Assembly (NCBI GenBank): GCA_964016885.1
Contig: OZ024740.1
Span: 58,652,001 to 58,716,000, forward strand
DNA length: 64,000 nt
Direction of reading: 5' to 3'
DNA from: Eledone cirrhosa
Taxonomy: Eukaryota
A model generated the notes under the pieces. That model did no database searches. It worked only from the letters and a program-made list of their open reading frames with translations, and was not told where the DNA came from. The translations under genes and the position numbers were made by a program. Every line of letters starts with the position of its first letter. Positions within the stretch are counted from its first letter, which is position 1. Positions 52,946-64,000 of the stretch are shown one piece after another.

Positions 52946-53200
52946 AGTTATCTCCTTCAAAATATGACCCATGGGAAGTCACCCAGTGGTTACATTTTTT
53001 CCATTGATCATAGCAGTACCAGAAGTCATTTTCTGTGAGTATCCTTAGTACATCAGTTACAATTTTTTGTATGATTTCCATAGTCCCAAAATGATGACCC
53101 CCTCAAATTTAATTTCAACTTAAGGAAGAGGTAGAAAGTATACAGAGCTAGATCTGGGCTTTGGGGAGGATGTGGAAGTGTGGGAATGTTTTTCTTCTCC
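52946..53200 (-). mobile_element. Mariner transposase C-terminal relic
   Basis: HPPQSPDLA..FYLFLKLK.NL.G.HF...IQK.VTDVL.ILTENDF..CYDQWK...GSYFEGDN matches the mariner YSPDLAPxD...YFEGD region. Confidence 0.75.
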
Positions 53201-53217
53201 ATAAATTCTCTAATTTT

Positions 53218-54300
53218 TTTCCATCAAAGTCTTCAGGCCATGACGCTATTATTATTAATATTATTGTTGATGTATTCTATCGGCTATTTTGCCATGCGGC
53301 GACCCTCTCTCTCTATGATGGCTACCCCCCTCTCTATCTTTCTCTCTATGATGGCTACCCTCTCTCTATCTATATCTAAGCCACCCATTACCTCCCGTTC
53401 CCTCTTCGCCCATTCCACCTCACTCATCTTGAAGCTATTGAAGAGATAAGACACTCTATTCTGAAAGGCTAAAATGAATCACTAGAGTTGATTTGGCTTC
53501 GTTCCAGTCATCCATCCATACAAATTTTTCGAAGGTATTTAGCTCCCTACCTCACAGCCACTTTATTATTCTCCCACCATGCTGACTCTGTCTATTTTTT
53601 CTCGTCTCTGTCTATTTTTCCCATCAAAGGCTTCAGGCCATGACGCTATTATTATTAATATTATTGTTGATGTATTCTATCGGCTATTTTGCCATGCGGC
53701 GACCCTCTCTCTCTATGATGGCTACCCCCCTCTCTATCTTTCTCTCTATGATGGCTACCCTCTCTCTATCTATATCTAAGCCACCCATTACCTCCCGTTC
53801 CCTCTTCGCCCATTCCACCTCACTCATCTTGAAGCTATTGAAGAGATAAGACACTCTATTCTGAAAGGCTAAAATGAATCACTAGAGTTGATTTGGCTTC
53901 GTTCCAGTCATCCATCCATACAAATTTTTCGAAGGTATTTAGCTCCCTACCTCACAGCCACTTTATTATTCTCCCACCATGCTGACTCTGTCTATTTTTT
54001 CTCGTCTCTGTCTATTTTTCCCATCAAAGGCTTCAGGCCATGACGCTATTATTATTAATATTATTGTTGATGTATTCTATCGGCTATTTTGCCATGCGGC
54101 AACCCTCTCTCTCTATGATGACTAACCCCCCCCCCTCTCTATCTCTCTCTCTATGATCACTACCCTCTCTCTATCTATCTCTAAGCCACCCATTATCTCC
54201 CGTTCCCTCTTCGCCCATGAATCACTAGAGTGATTTGGCTTCGTTCCAGTCACCCATCTTGACGGCGACCCTCTCTCCCTACCTCACAATTTCCCTCCCA
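53218..54300. repeat. 400-bp tandem repeat (2 near-identical units + diverged partial third) directly upstream of an RTE ORF
   Basis: ccatcaaag.cttcaggccatgacgc at 53221, 53621 and 54021; duplicated spurious ORFs 53180/53640. Confidence 0.95.
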
Positions 54301-54349
54301 CCACCATAGCCTATTCGACCAATCAAACCTCAGAATGCCATTTCTTCTG

Positions 54350-54392
<43 letters not shown>

Positions 54393-57300
54393 CTAACTAA
54401 CTCTCTCCTCCCCTGTCCCAGCCCAACACACCCTGCCATTATCCCACCACCACTGTTCTTCTAGCCCTCAATTTTCCTACCGTTATGGATGGATGAGCTG
54501 AGAATAAATTTGAGCAACTCTGAATCCATAGATGAAATATGAATCTGCGAGCTACCAAGCACCCATGTGAAGCGCCAATCCAGAGACCCTTCCCTACGAG
54601 TGTCGACAAATGCCCAAAACTCTGAGTTGGTACCATCAATGTAGGCTCAATGAAAGGAAGAGCAGGAGAAATCGTAGAAATGCTAGAGCGAAAGGAAATT
54701 GATGTATGCTGTGTGCAAGAGACTAGATGGAGAGGAGAGTCTGCTAGAGTCCTTGTAGGAAAAAGTCGGTGCTACAAATTTTTCTGGGTGGGAAATGACG
54801 ATGGGATGGGTGGTGTAGGTATTCTACTAGCTGACAAGTGGGTAGATAAAGTAATCTCAGTGTACAGGGTAAATGCAAGAATCATTAAACTCAGACTAGT
54901 CCTGAATAAAACAATTACCACAATAATATCAGCTTACGCACCCCAATCGGGGCTGCCAGACGAACTTAAGGATAGGTTTTACGAGTCCCTAATGCACACA
55001 ACTGCTCTAACAGACGACAATGACTTCCTAATCATCGCAGGAGATTTTAACGGACACATAGGTAAACACTGCGACGGATTCAATAGAGTACATGGAGGCC
55101 ATGGGGTTGGCACAAGAAATGAGGAAGGATTCAGACTTCTAGAATTCTGCGACGCCAATGACATGTCGATATGTAACACAAACTTTAAAAAACCCGACAA
55201 CCACCTGATCACCTATAGATCAGGGGAGCACTCTTGTCAGATAGATTTTATCCTCATCAGAGGACATGACAGATGGACGGTCGTAAACACAAAAGCCTTC
55301 CCTAGTGAGGAATGTACATCCCAACATAGCTTAGTTGTCAGCGACCTCACAGTCAGAACTAGACGAACCTGGAAACAGAGGCCAACCTGGAGAAGAAAGA
55401 TCTGGAAGCTGAAAGACCTCTCAACCAGTAACAGATTTAAAGATATTTTACTCAACGCCTACGACAGTAAAGAAGAACAGATAGAGACATTCAATGTAGA
55501 AGAGAACTGGGAGTTCCTAATAACTTACTAGAGCCAACGGATGAGGTCTGTGGCTGGAGTAAGACCTCAAGCAGGAGGAGAGTGACTTGGTGGTGGAACA
55601 ATAAGGTAGATGAGGCAGTTAAGGCCAAGAGACAGGCATGGAAAGAATGGAAGAACGGGGGGAGCAGGGTACATTACATAGAGACCAAGAGGGAAGCTAG
55701 GCGACAAGTATACTTAGCTAGGAGGGAAGCAGAGGATAGAAAATTCAAGCATGTTTTGCAACGTGAGGACCAGAAACAGGAGGTGTTCAAGATTGCAAGG
55801 CAGTGTGTCAGAGAGAGTTGTGATGTCATTGGAGAGAAGTGTATCTGGAATGATAAAGGTGAGCTTGCCCTCACAAGTGCTGAGAAGAAAGATGCATGGA
55901 AGAGTCATTATGATAGATTACTAAATGAGGAGAATGCATGGGAAGAAGAGACCCTACCCCAAGTGGACCCTATAGAGGGGCCAGCAGTACAAGTCAGCAG
56001 CAACGTAGTAAGTAAGGCAATCAAAGATATGAAGATGGGGAAGGCAACCGGTCCATCGGGTATAGCTGCCGAGATGCTGAAGGCATCTAGGTCTGTAGGT
56101 CACACTATAACCACACGTATTGTTAACCAGGTAATACTAGAAGGTGTCATACCAAAAGATTGGTGCAGTAGCATCATTGTCAACTGCTACAAAGGTAAAG
56201 GTGATGCACTAGATAGAGGAAACTATAGCGGTATAAAGCTGATGGACCAGGTCATGAAAGTAACAGAAAGAGTTATAGCACAGTTGATTAGGGACCGGGT
56301 GAAAATAGACGAGATGCAATTTGGGTTTATACCAGGAAGAGGCACCACTGATGCCTTCTCCCTTGTGAGGCAGTTACAGGAAAAGTACCTAGCTAAAAGT
56401 AAGCCACTCTACTTGGTATTTGTCGACCTTGAGAAAGCCTTTGACAGAGTTCCACGTGCTGTAATCTGGTGGGCTCTTAGAAAACTAGGAGTAGATGAAT
56501 GGCTTGTGAAAGCGGTACAAGTCATGTATAGGGGAGCAGTCAGCAAAGTTAGGATTAGCAATGAGTACAGCGAGGAATTTAGCGTACAGGTTGGGGTCCA
56601 CCAGGGCTCTGTTCTTAGCCCCCTCCTATTCATCATAGTCCTGCAGGCAATAACGGAGGAGTTTAAGACCGGATGCTCATGGGAACTCCTGTATGCTGAT
56701 GACCTCACGCTTATAGCTGAATCTATGGTAGAACTAGAGAATAAATTCCAAACTTGGAAGCAGGGACTAGAAAGAAAGGGTCTCAAAGTCAACATGACAA
56801 AGACTAAGGTCCTTGTAAGTAGACGAGAAAACAGAACCCAGATCCCCTCAAAGAAATGGCCTTGCTCAGTATGTAGGAAAGGTGTAGGTAGGAACACCAT
56901 TCTCTGCCCCAAATGCAAACAATGGGTACACAAGAGATGTAGCGGGAAGCTTAATTAAGAATGTAGGCTTCACCTGCAGCAGCTGTGCTGAGACAGCAAG
57001 CAGCAAATAGCCACAGGAAACAAGTACCACCAATCTCTGGGAGGGCTCTGTAGAAACAGTAGACAGCTTCTGCTACCTAGGTGACCGAATTAGTATCTGA
57101 GGTGGGTGTTCAGAAAGTACAATAGCTAGGGTAAGAACGGGATGGAAGAAGTTTAAGGAACTACTACCACTGCTAGCTGCAAAAGGCTTCTCCCTCAGAA
57201 TGAAAGGCAGACTGTATGATGCGTGTATCCGAACAGCGATGTTGCATTGTAGTGATACCTGGGCGCTGAAGGTGGAAGACTTACGTAGATTAGAGAGAAA

Positions 57301-57953
57301 CGAAGCCTGCATGCTCCGATGGATGTGTAACAGTAATATACGTGAACGACAAAGCATAAATGAATTGAGAGAGAGACTGAGCATAAGAGGAATCAAATGC
57401 TGTGTGCAGGAGAGGCAGTTGCGCTGGTATGGACATGTGATGCGTATGAAGGATGACAGCTGCATAAAAAGGTGCAGAGCACTAGAAGTTGATGGAAATC
57501 GCGGAGTGGGGAGACCCAAGATGACCTGGGATGAGGTGATAAAAGCTGACCTTACCCAATTACACCTCTCAAAGGCAATGACACACGACCGTGACTTCTG
57601 GCGTCACGCAGTAATACAGGGTACCCGACCTCCCATGGGTACAAGCTGAAGCATATAGACAATATGCTCCCACAAACCCCACCGCAAGGTGGTCGTGGAG
57701 GTGCCACGGCAAAAAAGAACCCAGCCCACACTGTAAAGTGGACGTGTAGGCCCCACGAAAAAGCACCCAGACTCACTGTAAATGAGGTTGGTGTTAGGAA
57801 GGGCATCCAGCTGTAGAAATCAAGCCAAATCAGTTCCTGTATGAGCAAGGCATGGTCAGCCGACCAGACACTGCCCACAACAGGACAACCCGTCTAACCC
57901 ATGCTAGTGTGGAAGAACGGATGTAAAACGGTGATGATGATGATGATGATGAT
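53218..57953 (+). mobile_element. Near full-length RTE LINE family A, few frameshifts/stops
   Basis: APE 54650..55531, RT 55582..56958 (YADD), PHD broken by a short deletion near 56945, C-terminus 57200..57649, 3' UTR, (TGA)n tail. Whether the 400-bp repeats belong to the element is inferred. Confidence 0.93.
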
Positions 57954-58190
57954 GTATGTGTATATGTATGTATGTGTATATGTATATATCTATGTATATG
58001 TATATGTATATATGTATGTATTTATATGTATATATATATATTTGTATGTATATATATGTATTTATGTATGTGTGTGTGTGTATGTGTGTGTATATATATA
58101 ACCAAGGAAATGTCGTAAGGAACCAGGTGGACCATAACGCACCAAAGTACTCAATACTTAGGGTTGTAGAGTGCGTAATAGGAACGAGTA

Positions 58191-58250
58191 GGACCCCGAC
58201 GGCTGAGCTCAAGCCGTTTCGACGGCTAATTCAGAATTAGCCGTCGGGGC
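58191..58250 (-). ncRNA. Hammerhead-like remnant of a PLE terminus (58101-58252) in (TA)n
   Basis: Minus strand cccc-[core lost]-gacggctaatt(ctg)aattagccgtc-GAAA-cggct(tgagctc)agccg-UC-gggg. Confidence 0.55.
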
Positions 58251-58252
58251 TA

Positions 58253-58283
<31 letters not shown>

Positions 58284-58309
58284 ATATATATACACACATA
58301 TATATATCA

Positions 58310-58682
58310 TCATTTCATTTTACATCCACTTTTCCCTGCTTGCAAGGGTGGGATGGGAACTGATTCTGGCTTGATTTCTATAGCTGGATGCCCTTCCTAA
58401 CACCAACCTCATTTACAGTGAGTGCTGGGTGCTTTTTTGCCGTGGCACCTACATGTCCACTTTACAGTGTGGGCTGGGTGCTTTTTTGCCATGGCACCTC
58501 CACGACCACTTTGCAGTGGAATGATAGCGACCCCAGTCCTATCATCTCATTTCTACAGCTGAGTAAACTGGAGCAATGTGAAATAAAGTGTCTTGCTCAA
58601 GGAAACAACACATCACCCGGTTTGAGAATTGAACTCACAACCTTTCGATTGCAAGGCCAATGCTTTAACCACTAAGCCATGT
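58310..58682 (-). mobile_element. S3 SINE head (58530-58682) joined to RTE UTR modules and a family-C-like 3' end
   Basis: A box tggcttagtggttaaagc, B box gagttcaattct, ccttgagcaagacactttatttc, then UTR modules and cccttgcaagcagggaaaagtggatgtaaaa. Confidence 0.7.
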
Positions 58683-58702
58683 GACTCCATATATGTATTT
58701 AT

Positions 58703-58748
<46 letters not shown>

Positions 58749-59645
58749 GTATGTGTATATGTGTATGTGTATATATGTGTATATATATATATATGTTTTT
58801 ATGTATGTGTATGTATATATTTATTTATTAAAATAACAGATTAAAGTTTAAGCAAAGAATCGCTGCTTTCACCCTTAACGGGTTCTTATAAATTTGATAT
58901 ATATTTATCATTATCGAGCCCTCTTTGGATTTTAGTCTTCACATTTATTATTATTACTATATATATATATATATGTATTTATGTATTTATATATATGTAT
59001 TTATGTATGTGTATGCATATATATATATATATATATATATATGTGAGTGTGTGTATATATATATATTTCATCAATCTTAAGATCATTTAAGTAGATGTTC
59101 ATAGTTCATGTCATTTGAGATGGTTCTTCATCTTTTGTTGATATTTTTCTCTGCACCCTTCTCTCTCTTTCCTTTTTGAAAATTACTCAAAGTAAAACCA
59201 CAAATGCCACCAGTTAGCAATGAGCTTAGAAAAAAACTTTGAATTAAGAATTACTTAGAAAGTAACAAACACAATTTTCATGTGAAAGTTAGTGAAATAT
59301 TTTTAAGTGCTTCGAGGTTTGAATTATTATAGATTTTTCTTTCTACAAGTGTAATATTCTGTTTTTATTGTTCTCCCTTCAGATTAGCAACAAAAATATT
59401 TCCTATAATTAACTTAGAAAGTATGTTATATTGTACTTTTAACCCTAAAGCATAAATTTCTTCTCATCCTTTTCACTATCATTATTCTAAAACACTTCAG
59501 TTTCAAGTCAAATTGCATCACAAAAATAGAAGTAACAACCAGTGCAGAAATCAATAAAATCTTAACTAAATAATGTCTATAATTTTTCTGCCTATAAATA
59601 AAAATATTCTTTGTAACAGCAGTTTGTAAAATTGCTATCCAACTG

Positions 59646-59683
<38 letters not shown>

Positions 59684-60109
59684 AATTATATATACACACA
59701 CACACATGACAATTTCTAATACATCAAATCTATTATTAGTTTTGTGAACAATATGCACTTATTTATACACAAAGTCAGATATGTTTATAACAAAGTATTT
59801 AATTTAATAAACTATAATTTATATAGTGTTCACTTTTCAACTACTTCTAAAATTGATGGCTCCCTATTGCTGACTTATACCTTAGAACAACAAGTCAAGT
59901 ATCTCTACATGAGAGTAAAAAGAAGTAAAAAAAAATATATCAATGATTTTCAGAAGAGATGGGGGTTGTCATGATGAAAAAAAATACCAAGAACATTCTT
60001 AATCTTTTCATTTCTATATTTCTAATAAAACACACCCGCTATAATTTCCAAATCATTTTGAAAATAAAGAATTTGGAGGGATATAATAGTATAACAAACT
60101 TTTTCATTA

Positions 60110-60310
60110 TTAACTCTTTAGCATTTAAACCGGCCATATCCGGCCAGAATTCTCTCACCTCTTTCTGTTCAAATCAGCTGTAACCAGCTGCTCATACTGA
60201 TGTTAAGGTATTGTTCTCAAAATAAATAATATCAAAATCTCATAGATTCGATATGTGAGGTAAAGCCTTTACCATGAAAATATAATATATATATGGAGTA
60301 TATGGGTTAA
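60110..60310 (-). mobile_element. MITE family M1
   Basis: ttaactctttagcatttaaaccggcc...gggttaa. Confidence 0.8.
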
Positions 60311-61312
60311 ACTACTGTCTGGAATGTAAAATAAAGGTTCTTATAGAGAATTATTATGGAAGATGTTTAGATAAATGGAATCATTTAAAAATAAACAGCT
60401 TGGTATTGAAGAGCCAGAGGTGGTTTTAGGCTGTTGTTATCATATGGTTTAATAACTCTGACTAGCTTAACCAAACTAGGTTCTTAAATAATTCATAATT
60501 ATTGAGGTCCCTTGGAAAGTGACTATAAACAATATTTGTGATGATGCTATATCATGTTAATTGTCTCTATCCAAAAGCTGTATCGTGTTCTAATAGAATG
60601 TCAAATAAAGAAGATATTGATTTAACAACTCCATCTAGAAATACTAAGCATATTATGTAGAATTAGGAATCTGTTCTAATCAACTCCTTTGCAGACGATA
60701 TGAAGAAATTGCACAAATTAAGCAAAAAATTTGCAAACACGATAACTTTACATTTAACCCTCAAAATGTGATGAATGTTAAAATTTTAGAGTGACCCACA
60801 ATTTAAAGTTCAAGTTATTTGATAGCAGATCTTTGTAAGAAAACATCCAACATATGATTACTTCATTCCATGATTACATGAAACATTCTGAAAATAGCAC
60901 ATTCATTACTATATTACATTCTCTATGCTTGGTCCCTTCAGACAATTATATTAATTGGCAAGAGTTGATAGGATGAATTTTAATGATACTGTTGTATTTT
61001 TTTCCTCTTTATTTTATTCTTCCTTTCTGCATGTAGTTGGCATTATTGATACTAGACATGACACTAAATATGTAGTAACTTTATAATGTCATTATGTAGG
61101 GAATATAAACACTGGTTTGTTGTGGAATGCTTTTATAACATTTTAGTGCCAGAATACATTAAAAAACAAAATAAATATTGCTTGAAGAATTATAGCCCAA
61201 TTGTACTGGGGGATGGATGAAGAAAAGGGAAAGGGAAAGAAGGATCAAGCAATGAAAGAAAAGGAGAGATGGATAGTCACTACACCTCAGTCAGAGTGGT
61301 GGCACAGCCATG

Positions 61313-61850
61313 CTCTGCAAACAAAACAGCTAAAGCATTACTACGTAGAATAGCCAGAGTTACCCACTACAACAGCCACCCCACATCACAAGGCTCCCTC
61401 TTCATGTAGGCTTCCATCTTTCTGACTTTGTGGAGAAAATCAGCAGTGTTGGAAACAAGGGCACCAGAGGTCTTGATGGAGACTGGTGCAAAGAGGAAGC
61501 AGTTGATCAAGTCTTGGTATTTGGCTATCTTTCTCTCCTCTACATTGCAGGCAGCAAAGCCTGGGTTTGTGACCAAAGCGACAAGGTTGGAAGTGGAGAA
61601 CAAGTTGCTGCACATCGTGTCTCAAATTAAGGATTCTCATCCCTCTTCTCGAAAGGGAAGAGTTAAGCAGTTAGGGTGCTTGCCATCACAAAGATTGAAG
61701 CCAGCCGACTTCAATTATTAAAGGAAACTGGCTGCATTGAGGCTCCTTCTGATGTTATTCAGAGCACCATGGTGGGGGTGGGTGGGTAGGCCTGCACTAA
61801 GGCAGCAAGATATCAGGTGTAGACCAAACTTAACCACTGCTCCACAACAT
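61313..61850 (-). mobile_element. Fossil CRE-clade non-LTR retrotransposon C-terminus (zinc knuckle + restriction-like endonuclease)
   Basis: CCGAVVKFGLHLISCCLSAG..HHGALNNI; DGKHPNCLTLPF; AACNVEERKIAKYQDL..FLFAPVSIKTSG; LAILRSNALAVL. Matches the CRE pattern CxC-H-C, RH, DGKRPD, AE..K..KY, FxP.A.ET.G, AIQRGNA. Confidence 0.8.
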
Positions 61851-61924
61851 TATCTTCAGTTAATTTTTATTTATTTCACATGGCTCTCTCAGTAGAATCA
61901 GTCATTTATTTATTCAATATCTAC

Positions 61925-62550
61925 CACCATCATTATCATCATTCTTTTGCATCATTTCCATGCTAACATGGGTTGGCCTTGTCATTACAGACTAAGTCAC
62001 TACATAATTGGAACCACTGTCCTTCTAGACAGGCTGATGGCAATATCTTACCATACCATACATTCCAAGTTTAGCTTGGTTTCTACAACTGGATGCCTTT
62101 CCTAATGTCAACCACTTTACAGAATGTACTTGATGTATCTTATCGTGGCACCAACACTAGTCAAATTGTCAAATCCTAGTCATGATTAAAGAGTCCTCTT
62201 AACCCTTTCTGACATGGTTTCCATGGCTGGATGCCTTTTCTGGTGCCAACCACTTTACAGTGTGTGCTTGGTGTATTGTATTGGGTCACTAATATTAGGG
62301 ATGCTATCATGCCCTTGAAATGACTGAAAAATCCTATCAACTCTCTTTTGTTAGCATGGCTATATGGCTGGATGCCCTTCTTAATGCCAACCACTTTACA
62401 GAGTGTACTAAGTGTATTTTATTGTGGCACCAGCCCGAGACAGATTGTCAGATCATTGACTTGATTGAACATACTCTATGTTGTTATCAATTAAATGCCA
62501 ATCACTTCACTGAATGTATCAAGTGCATTTTATAATGACACCAACACTAT
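61925..62550 (-). mobile_element. Decayed RTE-dependent element with 3-4 tandem ggatgcc-module units
   Basis: Repeated ctggatgcc.tt.ctaatgccaaccactttacaga.tgtact; decayed (CAT)n tail at ~61925-61945. Confidence 0.7.
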
Positions 62551-63919
62551 TGTGATTGCTTTGTATTAATGTAGGATAAACCAAGAACAACTTAAGTTCT
62601 GATCCCTAACCTCTATATAGGAATATTCACAGGAATATGGCTACTTGGCAAAATTTGTTTTGTGTTGTTTCCATTTGTTGTTGCAGAATCAGAAATAATT
62701 TGCTGCTGTTTCTGAATATTAAATAAGACTGTAAACTTTATTGATTAGTTCCCACCAAGTAAATTATCCCTCTTTTAATTAAATATTATATCTGACACTA
62801 TTTCGCTTCACTACTATCCTTGCTGTAACTGAACATATGGATTGATTCACTACCTTCTTGTATCTGAATGGGTCATTTATAAAATCATTGTTTATAATGA
62901 AGCCTGTTATTTCAAAATATAATTCTTGCAGAAATGAATTAACTGAAATAAATGAACACTCTGATCGTATGAAACATATAATTTAATTTTACCTAGCTCC
63001 AGGCTTAAGAATATAATAAATAGTTAATTATAGCTTTTATTGAAAACGCTATATATTTTGGTACATTGTTTCAGCTTTCTTATTGTTAGGTTTTGACCAG
63101 GTTTATTTTATTCTCATTTGTCTTGAATGTGTTTTAAAACATTAAATGTGTTGAAACAGATTAAAACTTCAATATTTTTTTTTATGCTCTAGCATAAAAA
63201 AATATTAAGTTTTAATAATTTTAGCTAAAACAAACTAAAGAATTATCCAACTGGTATAAATTCTACTTGTTGCTGGTGATTCAACAAGCAAGAAATACCA
63301 TTATTATCTAAGGAACTTGTTCTACTTCTCTGATTATTCAGTTTTGCAAACAATTTTAAAATTTTGTTTATATCTTAGTGTTTAGCATTAATTCCATCCC
63401 TGGAAAAGATAGATTTGTTTCAGAATTGAAATTTGCTGAGTAAATTCTAACTCTACACACATTTCAAATCTGATTGGTCAGATTAAAGGACTTTGCTCTC
63501 AAATAAGAAATAGTTCACCCACTGAAGAGAACCATCTTCTGTCTTTCACTGTAGCAATTGTTTGCCTATTCTTACATTACTTAGACCAACATTTAATTTT
63601 ATATATAAAACAGTAAAGTAGAAGATAAATTTGAAGATCTTATTTGAATATATTACAGATAGTGATGACCAGGAAATTTAATCATCAATGATATTTATAT
63701 ATAAATCTATTACAGAACTTTCTCCAACCTGCTTATTATATTTGAGGAAGACTATAAATACATAGCAAAATACCTCATTTTTTTGTTAAATATCTATATC
63801 ACTTTAGGTCAAGTTTGATGCTTTTAGCTTAATGTATGAAAATGATTGATCAGGATAGTTAATTTTAGAATATATATATATGTATATGTATGTAGATATA
63901 TATATGTGAGTGTGTGTAT

Positions 63920-64000
63920 ATATGATGCCTGCATATGAACAGCAATGTTACATGGCAGTGAGACTTGGGCATTGTGTGCAGAGGATATACGCAGACTGGA
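63920..64000 (+). mobile_element. Start of another 5'-truncated RTE family B-like copy
   Basis: Matches ~15944-16024 (YDAC.RTAMLHGSETWALCAEDIR); begins in a (TA/TG)n tract. Confidence 0.85.

Noticed and set aside
53161-53849. Duplicated hydrophobic small ORFs
   Set aside because: Produced by the CT/AT-rich 400-bp repeat; no coding evidence.
57901-58240. YI/CV/HT-rich ORFs here and throughout the ORF track
   Set aside because: Translations of (TA)n, (TG)n and (CAT)n microsatellites.
63380-63440. CLALIPSLEKIDLFRIEIC, LRR-like peptide after a splice acceptor
   Set aside because: Single short motif ending in a stop, with no neighbouring repeats; chance is likely.

Overview
AT-rich, microsatellite-dense eukaryotic non-coding DNA (intronic or intergenic). 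The repeat inventory is most consistent with an octopus/cephalopod genome; this is an inference from the repeat types, not a database result. No intact host gene is recognisable. The window is dominated by RTE-clade LINEs of at least 4-5 families (APE + RT with YADD + an unusual C4HC3 PHD-type finger, (TGA)n tails): near-full-length but frameshifted copies at ~12.5-16.7 kb, ~42.0-45.2 kb and ~53.2-58.0 kb, and a 5'-truncated copy with a long open ORF at 8.8-11.5 kb. It also holds a Neptune-like Penelope element (RT + GIY-YIG) and older PLE fragments, a CRE-clade non-LTR fossil, three mariner relics, a non-autonomous Helitron, two TTAA-flanked MITE families, many tRNA-derived SINEs, LINE-derived minisatellites and a possible Hsp70-like pseudogene fragment. 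The most interesting signals are RNA-structural: (i) about nine hammerhead-ribozyme-like sites from several PLE families, mostly in (TA)n tracts and often in fold-back pairs; (ii) a structured RNA module that lies at the 5' end of one RTE family (where twister ribozymes are known in other RTEs), occurs as tandem copies in the 3' UTR of two other families, and has expanded into a 48-bp minisatellite; (iii) monomer-like tandem 5' UTRs in two RTE families; (iv) long inverted LINE pairs that could form dsRNA.
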